Below, piece after piece: positions 44,370-52,389 of a stretch of DNA of 52,389 bases (its first letter is position 1; each line of letters opens with the position of its first letter). Location of the stretch: positions 1-52,389 of IMG/VR virus record IMGVR_UViG_3300037439_000020; one strand, written 5' to 3'. Below the pieces are notes generated by a model that saw nothing but the letters and a program-made list of their open reading frames with translations, was not told where the DNA came from and did not search any database. A program made the position numbers and the translations under genes. This stretch comes from a virus (taxonomy: Duplodnaviria; Caudoviricetes).

Positions 44370-46721
44370 TCACAAATCAAAATAACGCGGATTCGCCATA
44401 ACATAAGAAACGGCACTTGTCTGGTATTTCATACCTAGCGTCGGCTTATCAATTTCCCGGAGCGCGCCAGCGTCAACCAAATTCTTGAACGTTCGCTTAA
44501 TCGCATTCGTCGCGCCGCTCTTATCTTCCTTAAAGTCCTTAAGGTTACTACATTTACGCTGAATCGTGCTAAGCGGAATCACCTTGTCACTGTGCATTGC
44601 TTGCGTACCGGTACTAATCTTTTCCCATTTATCCCAAGAGTCAAGAATATAAGTACGAATCCATTTGATAACAGTTCGTAACTGCCTATCTTCATCACTA
44701 CCTTTGATACTATTACCTATTGAACCCTCTTCGAACTTTACATGCAACCGTTCAATATCATCAATCACAATTTCAATTGCCCAACGTGCCGACGCTTCGT
44801 CAATTACCGGATCAAAAGCATGGCAGCCAATTGCGACCAATGCCGCTAACTTCATCGCCTTAATGTGGGCACGGTTCCATAACTGACGTGTTAATTCGCT
44901 TTGACTGCTGTTGATTCGTTCATCACAAAACTTATCGAAGCCTTTAAACAATTGTTCAGTTGCGACGTCGAATCTAACGTTAATAGCTTTATGTTGACTA
45001 TTCAACATAAGACTGTGAGCGCATAACGCGCCAAGACGATCAATCAAATAGAACGATGGGTTGACAATACGCTGTTCATTTAGCGGTGGACGTATACCAC
45101 TGTATTCAATTGTCAAGAAACGCGGAAGCAATCCTTCTTCAATCATGTCTTCTGACAACGCTTCGTAAAAACGCGACGGCGTTGATTCACCAATCAAACT
45201 AAACGCTGGTGATTGTATAGTGTTGGTATTCTTTTCTTTATCACTATAGATACGCGGTCGAAGTTGATCGCCTTCGCCGCTCTTATTAAACAAGTCAAGA
45301 AACAAACCTCGTAAGCTAATTAAATGTGCCGGTGCAAATGGCATAGACATGGTTTTAAGCGTCAAACCAAATTCGCCCATAATCGAAACAAAACTAGGCA
45401 TTTGACGCGATAAATACTTTATCAATGCTTGTGATGATGCAATTTCAGCTGGCCCAATAAAATCAACTGATGCGGGTACCGTCTTACCAACAGCTTTCAT
45501 TAGCTTTTCAATACCTCCTGCAATCGCTTCTTTGCCGGTACCGGTTGATGCTAACAATAAAACATACTGGTTAAGTCCGGTGCCGCTAACGTTGTATGAC
45601 CTACCCACAATACCGCACATGAGCCCGATGGCCGCAACCAAGGCGATTTCAGGTACCGGGCGCGGAGCCGCTGAATAAACGAACTGCGCGATTTCACCGA
45701 GTAAGCCAGGAGGCACCGAATATGCCTTTGACGTTTCAGCTTGAGTGGTCATCGTTTCGCTTTTTTGGCTTTTCGTTTCACCTTTTTTGCGTTTCGTTTC
45801 AGCAACAACCTCGGCAATTTGATTCTGTATGCTATCAAAATTGATCGGCATTGGCGTTCTATCGAACGCTCTATTAGTTATATGGTCTAAATACTTAACG
45901 CCTTTAATCGTTGTTTGTTTGTTACGCTCACCAAGTGCGGAGCAACGAAAGATTCGTTTAATTTGCTCTTTGTTCTTGCTGTAGAACGCCAGCATATCAA
46001 CTAAGGCAAAGTCAGCTTCAGATTGTGACGGGTAATATCCTTGCCATTTACCACCATATAACGCTTTAAACTTATCGCCGTTAGCAGCATTTAACGCACG
46101 TTGTATAATTTCGGTGTCGGTGTCAACCTCTTCAAGCGTGCCAGCATAGTACGCTGCAAGGTTAGCTGTCTCTTTGCTCATTTCGAGCCAAAGCGATTGC
46201 AAAGCGTCTTCGCAAGGTTGAATCGGTGCCGGCCGGTATACGTCACCGGTGACCGTCATATAGCGTTCGTTGCTATAGACTTCGACCGAGTCACGACGCC
46301 GGCCGCAAGGAACGTGGCCTTTAACGATAATGTGTAAACCTTTGCCGCTAGGCGACCGTTCCGCGTAGCTTGGAAACGTTTTGTATATACGTTGCTGACT
46401 TTCAACAATACGTTCTGGTTTATTATGCTTCGGCGAACCGTCAGGATTTAGCGCGTACGGGTCATCTAGGTCAATGAACGTAAACGGGTCATTATTACTA
46501 AGAACGAAACCAACACCAGAATAGCCGCCGCCATTAAGCGATGCTTCAACGGCCAAATCAAAATTCGACCAATGACGGGAATCAGTAACGCTAGCTTTAT
46601 GACCGCTGACGCTATAAGGAACCTTGGTAGGTTTGCCATTTTCATCCTGTTCGTTTTTCCAAACAATCCATTGGTCGAACTGCCGGAGTTCAACCGGTAC
46701 GTTATTATAGTTATTCGCCAT
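44370..46721 (-). CDS. primase-polymerase/helicase (NrS-1-like AEP plus DUF3987-like ATPase)
   Basis: FIDLDD, ERSPSGKGLHII, EVY..RYMTVTG, SQSEADFAL; C-terminal ASTGTGKE P-loop. Confidence 0.88.
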   Translation of the reverse strand: MANNYNNVPVELRQFDQWIVWKNEQDENGKPTKVPYSVSGHKASVTDSRHWSNFDLAVEASLNGGGYSGVGFVLSNNDPFTFIDLDDPYALNPDGSPKHNKPERIVESQQRIYKTFPSYAERSPSGKGLHIIVKGHVPCGRRRDSVEVYSNERYMTVTGDVYRPAPIQPCEDALQSLWLEMSKETANLAAYYAGTLEEVDTDTEIIQRALNAANGDKFKALYGGKWQGYYPSQSEADFALVDMLAFYSKNKEQIKRIFRCSALGERNKQTTIKGVKYLDHITNRAFDRTPMPINFDSIQNQIAEVVAETKRKKGETKSQKSETMTTQAETSKAYSVPPGLLGEIAQFVYSAAPRPVPEIALVAAIGLMCGIVGRSYNVSGTGLNQYVLLLASTGTGKEAIAGGIEKLMKAVGKTVPASVDFIGPAEIASSQALIKYLSRQMPSFVSIMGEFGLTLKTMSMPFAPAHLISLRGLFLDLFNKSGEGDQLRPRIYSDKEKNTNTIQSPAFSLIGESTPSRFYEALSEDMIEEGLLPRFLTIEYSGIRPPLNEQRIVNPSFYLIDRLGALCAHSLMLNSQHKAINVRFDVATEQLFKGFDKFCDERINSSQSELTRQLWNRAHIKAMKLAALVAIGCHAFDPVIDEASARWAIEIVIDDIERLHVKFEEGSIGNSIKGSDEDRQLRTVIKWIRTYILDSWDKWEKISTGTQAMHSDKVIPLSTIQRKCSNLKDFKEDKSGATNAIKRTFKNLVDAGALREIDKPTLGMKYQTSAVSYVMANPRYFDL

Positions 46722-46725
46722 GTCG

Positions 46726-46929
46726 TCAACCCGTCATGACAAAATCAATGACGGCTTTGACGCGAGAATAACCCGGATTCGGTATTTCACCAGCTAACAG
46801 CTTGTTCAACCAATCAACACTAACGTCAGTCTTTTCGGCAATATGAATCAGCTCCATTCGACGGGGTCTATTTCGAATAGCTTCCCTGATAGACTCTAGG
46901 CTAGGAACTGTGATAGGAGTAGTATTCAT
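46726..46929 (-). CDS. small XRE/Cro-like HTH regulator
   Basis: IAEKTDVSVDWLNKLLAGEIPNPGYSRV. Confidence 0.8.
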   Translation of the reverse strand: MNTTPITVPSLESIREAIRNRPRRMELIHIAEKTDVSVDWLNKLLAGEIPNPGYSRVKAVIDFVMTG

Positions 46930-46978
46930 TACTGTTTTTAAAGGAAAAATTGGCTAGTCCATTACACGGCAGCGCGGC

Positions 46979-47008
46979 AAGGTAGCACCGCCGCCGCTTA
47001 CGGTTCAA
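46979..47008 (-). promoter_or_regulatory. candidate promoter for the HTH-primase unit
   Basis: TTGAAC-N18-TACCTT with an extended -10 TGc. Confidence 0.4.
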
Positions 47009-47085
47009 CTGTAATCTTTCCCTTGACACCGAGAGACGATAGGGGCAGTGTGTCGCGCCCCGTACCCACAATAACAGGCGGACCA

Positions 47086-48132
47086 ATGAACCTTATTCAG
47101 TACCAGACCGAGTGCCAGAGCACCAAAAGCAATGAATTCTTCGGTGACCGCGTCACAAAGCTGTTCTTTAAGAATGCTATTCTTGAAGCGGTCGAAGCGC
47201 TGACCCGACTGGACGCAATTAAGAAGTCAATGTTCTACGGCAAAGCTTCAACGCGTTACCCGGTCAACGGCGGCTTTGAAGGCGAAGAAGATGGCAAGGG
47301 TAACGCTGTTGAAACATGCGCTTCGGTCAACGTGATTCTTGAAGATAGCGAACAAGGCGAACTAGCCGGTAACAAAGGCGTTGACGTTATTCACGGCATT
47401 CTAGGCAAAGCGACCGAAGCAAGCGAGCTGCTTGAAGCGCTCTATACAGCTGCATACAACGGTCAGCCTTTGGACCGTGTCAACCTTATCGAAGAAGTCG
47501 GCGACGGCTTTTGGTATGACGGCATTACGCTTGAAGCCGTTGGCAGCAACTTTCATGACGCCGCCGCTCGCAACAATGCCAAGCTGAAGAAGCGCTTCCC
47601 GAATAAGTTCACAACCGAAAACGCGGTTACCCGCGACCTGACCGGCGAACGAGAAATGCTCGAAATCCCGGCGTTCTTGCGTAAGGAAGATGAACCGATT
47701 GCCGAATCAGACGTGGAAATGCTGAAGCGCTTAGGGACTGACGGCAAATTGTGGGCACATGAATTAGAAAATCGTCTTCAGCGATTCGATGCAATTTTAT
47801 CGACCGATAGAGTCGATTACTTGCACGCTTGGTTCGCCAATGCCATTGAAGCCGGCGCAATGCGCGAAACGTCGAAGCTGGCGAAGAAGCTTAGCGACTT
47901 GGACAACTGCGTTGCAATTCAAAGCGGACCCGGCACCGGCGACACTGACCATTACATGCGCGGGATGGCAAACGGTCTGATTCTGGCGCAAAGCATCATG
48001 AAGGGTACAGAATGCAAGTATCTTGACGCCAATTGTGTGAAAGACGCCAATAAGGTAGCGTCAACCGACACCCCGCTTGAAGTCGGCGACGAAGCTGAAT
48101 CCGAACGAATCCGCGAAGAGAATGCCGGTTAA
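47086..48132 (+). CDS. MazG-like nucleotide pyrophosphohydrolase with C-terminal extension
   Basis: HGILGKATEASELLE...NLIEEVGDGFWY...NNAKLKKRFP acidic-helix motif; ATG 47086. Confidence 0.8.
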   Translation: MNLIQYQTECQSTKSNEFFGDRVTKLFFKNAILEAVEALTRLDAIKKSMFYGKASTRYPVNGGFEGEEDGKGNAVETCASVNVILEDSEQGELAGNKGVDVIHGILGKATEASELLEALYTAAYNGQPLDRVNLIEEVGDGFWYDGITLEAVGSNFHDAAARNNAKLKKRFPNKFTTENAVTRDLTGEREMLEIPAFLRKEDEPIAESDVEMLKRLGTDGKLWAHELENRLQRFDAILSTDRVDYLHAWFANAIEAGAMRETSKLAKKLSDLDNCVAIQSGPGTGDTDHYMRGMANGLILAQSIMKGTECKYLDANCVKDANKVASTDTPLEVGDEAESERIREENAG

Positions 48133-48217
48133 CGTTTAAGCCGCATATAAGCTTCCCCCAAAGTAAAAGGCGGCGTTGGTGGAGTCATCCTGCGAATTGA
48201 CAGAAACCAACTGAACG

Positions 48218-48247
48218 TTGACAAGCATGGCGGCGTTAGCATAAGCT
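48218..48247 (+). promoter_or_regulatory. candidate sigma70 promoter overlapping a terminator-like hairpin
   Basis: TTGACA-N18-TAAGCT followed by AGCGCC; overlaps GGCGGCGTTAGC/GCTAGCGCCGTC-TTTT. Confidence 0.5.
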
Positions 48248-48278
48248 AGCGCCGTCTTTTAATCGAACAGGAGTCAAT

Positions 48279-48845
48279 ATGCCGAAGCATGAAAGCGCCG
48301 CATTACCAATGATGCCGGCGGCAGAATATGTAAACGACAAAGAGCAAGCCGAAATTGCCCGTATTCGTGGCTTGCTGGAATGGGGCCAAAAGCTGAATGA
48401 CACCGACAAGGAAAGCTATTTCTATTTCTTGTTGCGTAATCAGCAACGCGTTAAAGCGGTTCTTGACCGAGTTAAAGCGGATGAAATGGCGTTTCGCGTT
48501 CTAGCAATTAATGTCGGCTTTGATACAAGCCGAACTGGAACGCAACGGGTTGAATTGGAAGGCGGCTATCAGGCTAAAGGCGTTATCAAATATCATTACG
48601 GCTTTGTCAAGACGCCCGAAGGCAAACTTGACAAGCGCGCCATTGACGCGGCTTTGACCGCCATCGAAGAACGTTCACCGGCCGGCGCGTATATCGCCGA
48701 ACATTTGGTGAAATGGACGCCCGACCTTAGCTTGACTGAATACAAGAAATTGCCAGCCGAAGACAAAGCAATTATTGATGAAGTCATTATAACGACGGAC
48801 GCCGCGCCAGTTCTCGAAATCGAAGCGCCAAAAGGCAGCAACTAA
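48279..48845 (+). CDS. hypothetical protein
   Basis: GAACAGGAG RBS, 188 aa. Confidence 0.75.
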   Translation: MPKHESAALPMMPAAEYVNDKEQAEIARIRGLLEWGQKLNDTDKESYFYFLLRNQQRVKAVLDRVKADEMAFRVLAINVGFDTSRTGTQRVELEGGYQAKGVIKYHYGFVKTPEGKLDKRAIDAALTAIEERSPAGAYIAEHLVKWTPDLSLTEYKKLPAEDKAIIDEVIITTDAAPVLEIEAPKGSN

Positions 48846-48847
48846 TT

Positions 48848-48917
48848 GAGTCCCGCCCCGCTGTCTGCGTAGGTCCGGTCTAAAATCGGGTAGCCAGCAG
48901 CAGCGGGGAAATGGGCA
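48848..48917 (+). ncRNA. structured repeat element, copy 2
   Basis: Same 17-nt arms as 43992..44101, with a different but still pairing interior. Confidence 0.55.
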
Positions 48918-48986
48918 ATGTCTTTCGCTTCAGTTGTTGCACACCTCCGCTGAAGGTGACTGCAAGACACCAATTGAAGCGACTTT

Positions 48987-49035
48987 GGTTGACGGCATCA
49001 GGCATCGTCTATGACTTTCCCTGATGCCGTCAACC
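48987..49035. repeat. perfect 16-bp inverted repeat
   Basis: GGTTGACGGCATCAGG ... CCTGATGCCGTCAACC. Confidence 0.9.
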
Positions 49036-49059
49036 CGTTTTAACAACATAGGTTAGACC

Positions 49060-49731
49060 ATGAAACAGGAAATTTATAAGTCGTCAACGCTAGGCGAAAT
49101 CCCGCTATCATTTACCGGCCGGCATTTGCTGCAAAATTTGCGCGAAGTGATTACAAACGGCATAGCGGCTTCAGCCAATGGCCAACCGATCAAATGGGAC
49201 GATATTTCAATTGCTCGCGGCAAGCTGGCGCAGTATATAAGCAAGCTTGAACAGCGTTCTGAACGTCCGCGCGCTTACGACTCCCACAATGAAGACGAAC
49301 CGCGCGTTCATGTTCATCACGTTCAGTCATTCGAAGAAGTTTTAAAAATCATGGCAGATTACGAAGCCGGCAACATGCCGCTTGAATCGAACGGCCAGGA
49401 AATAAAAAGCACACTTGAAGAAACTAACCCAAAGACGCAAGTACATGAAGCGCCGAACGGTTCGACGCTGGTATTGCCGGAAATCCCGGAAAACTACGTG
49501 TTGCGTATGGTTGGCGGCATGCTAGTAATTCAGCCGCTATCGGTCGAAGAATTGCAAGCCAAAGCCGACTGCGATTTTAATAAGCGCAACAACGAAAAGT
49601 TTTATCACTTGTTAAACGAATACCGTGACGCTTTGATGGCGGTACAAATACCCGGCGCAAGGCGTGATTGGCAAGAACACGTTGACAAAGCCCGTATGGC
49701 AATCATTCAGGCTTACGAAAAACCGTTATGA
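49060..49731 (+). CDS. hypothetical protein
   Basis: 223 aa, ATGA-coupled to the ATPase. Confidence 0.75.
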   Translation: MKQEIYKSSTLGEIPLSFTGRHLLQNLREVITNGIAASANGQPIKWDDISIARGKLAQYISKLEQRSERPRAYDSHNEDEPRVHVHHVQSFEEVLKIMADYEAGNMPLESNGQEIKSTLEETNPKTQVHEAPNGSTLVLPEIPENYVLRMVGGMLVIQPLSVEELQAKADCDFNKRNNEKFYHLLNEYRDALMAVQIPGARRDWQEHVDKARMAIIQAYEKPL

Positions 49732-50405
49732 ATATCGGTCAACTTAAGCCGGCGTCGCAACTAGCGCAACGGTTTGGCGTCAAGTCGGTATGCTTCGGCG
49801 GACCCGGCACCGGTAAAACACCGCTGACAAACACCGCGCCGCGTCCTGTATTATGCGTGACCGAGCCGGGTATGTTAACCATGCGAAATAGTAATATTCC
49901 GACTTGGGAAGCATACACGCCGGATCGGGTTGACGAATTCTTTGAATGGCTTCAACGGTCGAACGAAACCCGAAACTTTGACACCGTTTGCATTGACTCG
50001 GTATCGCAAATGGCGGAACTGTTTCTGTCGCGGGAATTGGCGCGTTGGAAGGACGGGCGTAAAGCCTATGGTGAAATGGCGCGGCATGTAATGGAGCTAT
50101 TGAACGGCTTGTATTACATGCCGCAAAAACATACTTACTTGATTGCCAAAGAAGGCATGATTGAACTTGGAGGCGTGACAAAGCGAAAACCATATTTCCC
50201 CGGTCAGGATTTGAACATTAAAGTTCCGCATATGTACGACGAAGTTTGGCATATCGGGTTAGCGAACATACCCGGTCAGCTGAAGCCAGTTGTTGCAATC
50301 CGAACTGTTGAAACGTTTGATACATTTGCGCGGGATAGAAGCGGGCGTTTGAATGAATACGAATACCCGAATCTTGCCGCGCTCTTTGAAAAGGCAATGT
50401 CGTAA
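49728..50405 (+). CDS. AAA ATPase, Sak4-like recombinase
   Basis: GGPGTGKT Walker A, VCIDS Walker B; adjacent to the SSB and exonuclease genes. Confidence 0.8.
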   Translation: MNIGQLKPASQLAQRFGVKSVCFGGPGTGKTPLTNTAPRPVLCVTEPGMLTMRNSNIPTWEAYTPDRVDEFFEWLQRSNETRNFDTVCIDSVSQMAELFLSRELARWKDGRKAYGEMARHVMELLNGLYYMPQKHTYLIAKEGMIELGGVTKRKPYFPGQDLNIKVPHMYDEVWHIGLANIPGQLKPVVAIRTVETFDTFARDRSGRLNEYEYPNLAALFEKAMS

Positions 50406-50414
50406 GAGGTTTAT

Positions 50415-51107
50415 ATGACTCAATTGATGCAACCATTTGACGCCAGCAAGGTTGACCCAACGCAAAGCGGCGGTCAAATGCCGGTTGGCAAACATCCCGT
50501 CGTTATTCGTGATTCTGAACTTAAGGCAACACAAGACAAAACAAGCGGCTATTTGCAACTAAATCTTGAAATTATTGACGGTCCATCAAAAGGTACAACC
50601 GGACCTTATCGGCTGAATCTGTACAACACCAACGAAACCGCTGTTCGCATCGCTCATCAGCAACTTTCAGCGATTTGTCACGCAATCGGTCAGTTACAAG
50701 AGTTTATTGACCCCGCTGTGCTATACAACCGGCCGTTCATTGTTGAAGTCGGTTTGCAGAAAGACCCCGACGCGGCGGCAAAGGGTTACACCGAAGTCAA
50801 AAAGGTATACGACATTAACGGCAATGAACCCGGCAAGGCTCCAGCCGGTGGTCAACCGGGCCCAAACCCCAACCAAGCCGGTAACGGTGGCGGTCAATGG
50901 GGCGCACAGCAAGGCGCGCAGCAAGCGCCGCCAGCAGGGGGCGGGGGTTGGGGCGGTGGACAATCGAGCGCGCCGCCACCGGGCCAAGGTAATGCGCCAG
51001 CTGGCAACCAACCGGCTTGGGGCGGTGGCCAGCAAGGCAATCAGCCAGCTTGGGGCGGCGGTGGCCAGCAAGGCGGTCAGCAAAACCCGCCTTGGGGTAA
51101 AAAGTAA
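50415..51107 (+). CDS. DUF669-like ssDNA-binding protein
   Basis: PVGKHPVVI...YLQLNLEIIDG...RLNL core with a Gly/Gln/Pro/Trp low-complexity tail. Confidence 0.75.
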   Translation: MTQLMQPFDASKVDPTQSGGQMPVGKHPVVIRDSELKATQDKTSGYLQLNLEIIDGPSKGTTGPYRLNLYNTNETAVRIAHQQLSAICHAIGQLQEFIDPAVLYNRPFIVEVGLQKDPDAAAKGYTEVKKVYDINGNEPGKAPAGGQPGPNPNQAGNGGGQWGAQQGAQQAPPAGGGGWGGGQSSAPPPGQGNAPAGNQPAWGGGQQGNQPAWGGGGQQGGQQNPPWGKK

Positions 51108-51116
51108 AGGCGAATC

Positions 51117-51147
51117 ATTCCGGCGATGTTAATAGCGTCGCCGGAAT
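51117..51147 (+). terminator. hairpin after SSB (possible weak terminator)
   Basis: ATTCCGGCGATG/CGTCGCCGGAAT stem with a short T tail. Confidence 0.55.
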
Positions 51148-51154
51148 TCTAACC

Positions 51155-51670
51155 ATGAAACTACCGGAACCAACGCATTGTGACGTTTGCGGCAGTGACA
51201 AAATTAAATTTATTAAAAACGATGAAATATACGGTCAACCGTATGGCGATTGGCCGTATGTTTGGCATTGTTCAAAATGCTACGCTTGTGTCGGTTGTCA
51301 TAAGGGAACTTATTCGCCGCTTGGCCGAATGGCGCATAAACAAACGCGACGCCTTCGATCAAAAGCACACACCGCTTTTGATCCAATTTGGAAGAATGGG
51401 TTATTACCACGCGCTGACGCTTATGACTGGCTTGCCGATATCTTAAAGATATCACCAGAACGTTGTCACATTTCTTGGCTAACCGACGAACAGTTAAAAA
51501 CCGTAACTTTGCATTCCGAAATATTCATTAGCGAACGGGAAATTAAACTAAGGCGACGAGCTAAAAAAGATGCAAAACAAGCTAAACAAACCCAACGAGA
51601 CATTGAATTCAGCCGAAGAAACAAATCAGGCCGTAAGCTTAGACTCGCCCGGCGTACCCGCGCTGATTAG
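51155..51670 (+). CDS. zinc-finger protein (DUF3268-like)
   Basis: CDVC...CSKC...VGCH...AHTAFDPIW...CHI. Confidence 0.75.
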   Translation: MKLPEPTHCDVCGSDKIKFIKNDEIYGQPYGDWPYVWHCSKCYACVGCHKGTYSPLGRMAHKQTRRLRSKAHTAFDPIWKNGLLPRADAYDWLADILKISPERCHISWLTDEQLKTVTLHSEIFISEREIKLRRRAKKDAKQAKQTQRDIEFSRRNKSGRKLRLARRTRAD

Positions 51671-52389
51671 TCGCAAACTTCGCTATGAAGTCAATCAGTA
51701 TGCCGTAACGGCGTACTACAAACCGCACCGCTGGCACCTTGGCGCGTCCTTGATCGGTCACGACTGCGCTCGCTATCTATGGTATGTCTTCCGTTGGTGC
51801 GGTCGGGAAGTCGGCAAAGGCGAAAATGATGAAGACCGACTTATAAACCTCGGTCGCGTTCAGCGGCTCTATAATCGCGGTCACCGTGAAGAAGACAAAT
51901 ACGTTGAATACTTGGAAGGCATTGGCGCAAAGGTTTGGACTTGGGATTCATCACAACCGGTAAACGAAAAAGGCGAACATCCGCAATTCCGAATGTCTGC
52001 TGTGAATGGCCACTTTGGCGGTTCACTAGACGCTGTTATAGAGTTACCGCCGCGATATGCAATCGAAGAACCGTTACTAGGTGAATTCAAGACGAACGGC
52101 ACCGGCTCCGGCTTTACGAAATTGATAGAACGCGGGGTTGCGCTCGAAAAAGCGCAACACTTCGTTCAAATGTCCAGTTATGGCCGCAAGTATAACTTGC
52201 GCTATGGCTTGTATATGAATACAAATAAGAACGATGACGACATGCATATTGAAGTTGTCAAGCTGAATTGGCAGCTGGCTGACCAAATGGAAGCCAAAGC
52301 GGAGCGAATCATATATTCCGAAGACCCGCCGCCGCGCATGTCTGAGTCACCAACGTATTTCAAATGCGTCTATTGCCCAATGAAACAAG
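51570..52389 (+). CDS. Cas4/RecB-like PD-(D/E)XK exonuclease, N-terminal part (runs across the window end into 1..168)
   Basis: RWHLGASLIGHDCARYLWYVFRW, GSLDAV, LGEFKT, HFVQM..Y and KCVYC; no stop before the end. Confidence 0.85.
   Translation, partial: MQNKLNKPNETLNSAEETNQAVSLDSPGVPALISRKLRYEVNQYAVTAYYKPHRWHLGASLIGHDCARYLWYVFRWCGREVGKGENDEDRLINLGRVQRLYNRGHREEDKYVEYLEGIGAKVWTWDSSQPVNEKGEHPQFRMSAVNGHFGGSLDAVIELPPRYAIEEPLLGEFKTNGTGSGFTKLIERGVALEKAQHFVQMSSYGRKYNLRYGLYMNTNKNDDDMHIEVVKLNWQLADQMEAKAERIIYSEDPPPRMSESPTYFKCVYCPMKQ

Noticed and set aside
46726-46929. HTH gene as a lysogeny repressor
   Set aside because: No peptidase domain, integrase or partition genes are visible; it is a small Cro-like gene coupled to the primase.
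51570-52389. Cas4-like nuclease as a sign of a CRISPR system
   Set aside because: No repeat-spacer array or other cas genes; it sits in a standard phage recombination module.

Overview
The window is an apparently complete, circularly permuted ~52.4 kb genome of a tailed dsDNA phage. A tape measure and tail tube gene without a sheath point to a siphovirus, and no integrase is visible, so it is probably lytic. The two ends join in frame inside a Cas4/RecB-like exonuclease gene, with one redundant G. Modules: (i) a + strand replication/recombination operon that wraps the junction (47086-52389 and 1-6292: MazG-like protein, Sak4-like AAA ATPase, DUF669-like SSB, exonuclease, SF2 helicase, beta-clamp-like protein, family B polymerase); (ii) a long - strand late region (6289-33345: tail, head, portal, terminase, lysis); (iii) a - strand cluster of small accessory genes (33542-40900); (iv) an AT-rich divergence point (40900-41240); (v) a short + strand unit with a UvrD-like helicase, converging on a - strand primase-polymerase/helicase. 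From memory, the gene set resembles PA73/KL1-type proteobacterial siphophages; no search was run. The most notable signals are: a family of accessory-region promoters built on CRP-type boxes (two perfect TGTGA-N6-TCACA sites, one centred exactly at -41.5); two copies of a structured element with identical 17-nt arms, each inside an intergenic array of long hairpins; host-motif mimics (an FtsZ-tail-like LEIPAFLRK inside MazG and an SSB-tail DDDIPF on a small Cys protein); a 956-aa lectin/esterase gene in the head operon; and a secreted Fn3 protein plus a Fis-type HTH gene inside the lysis cassette. All product calls come from reading motifs by eye.
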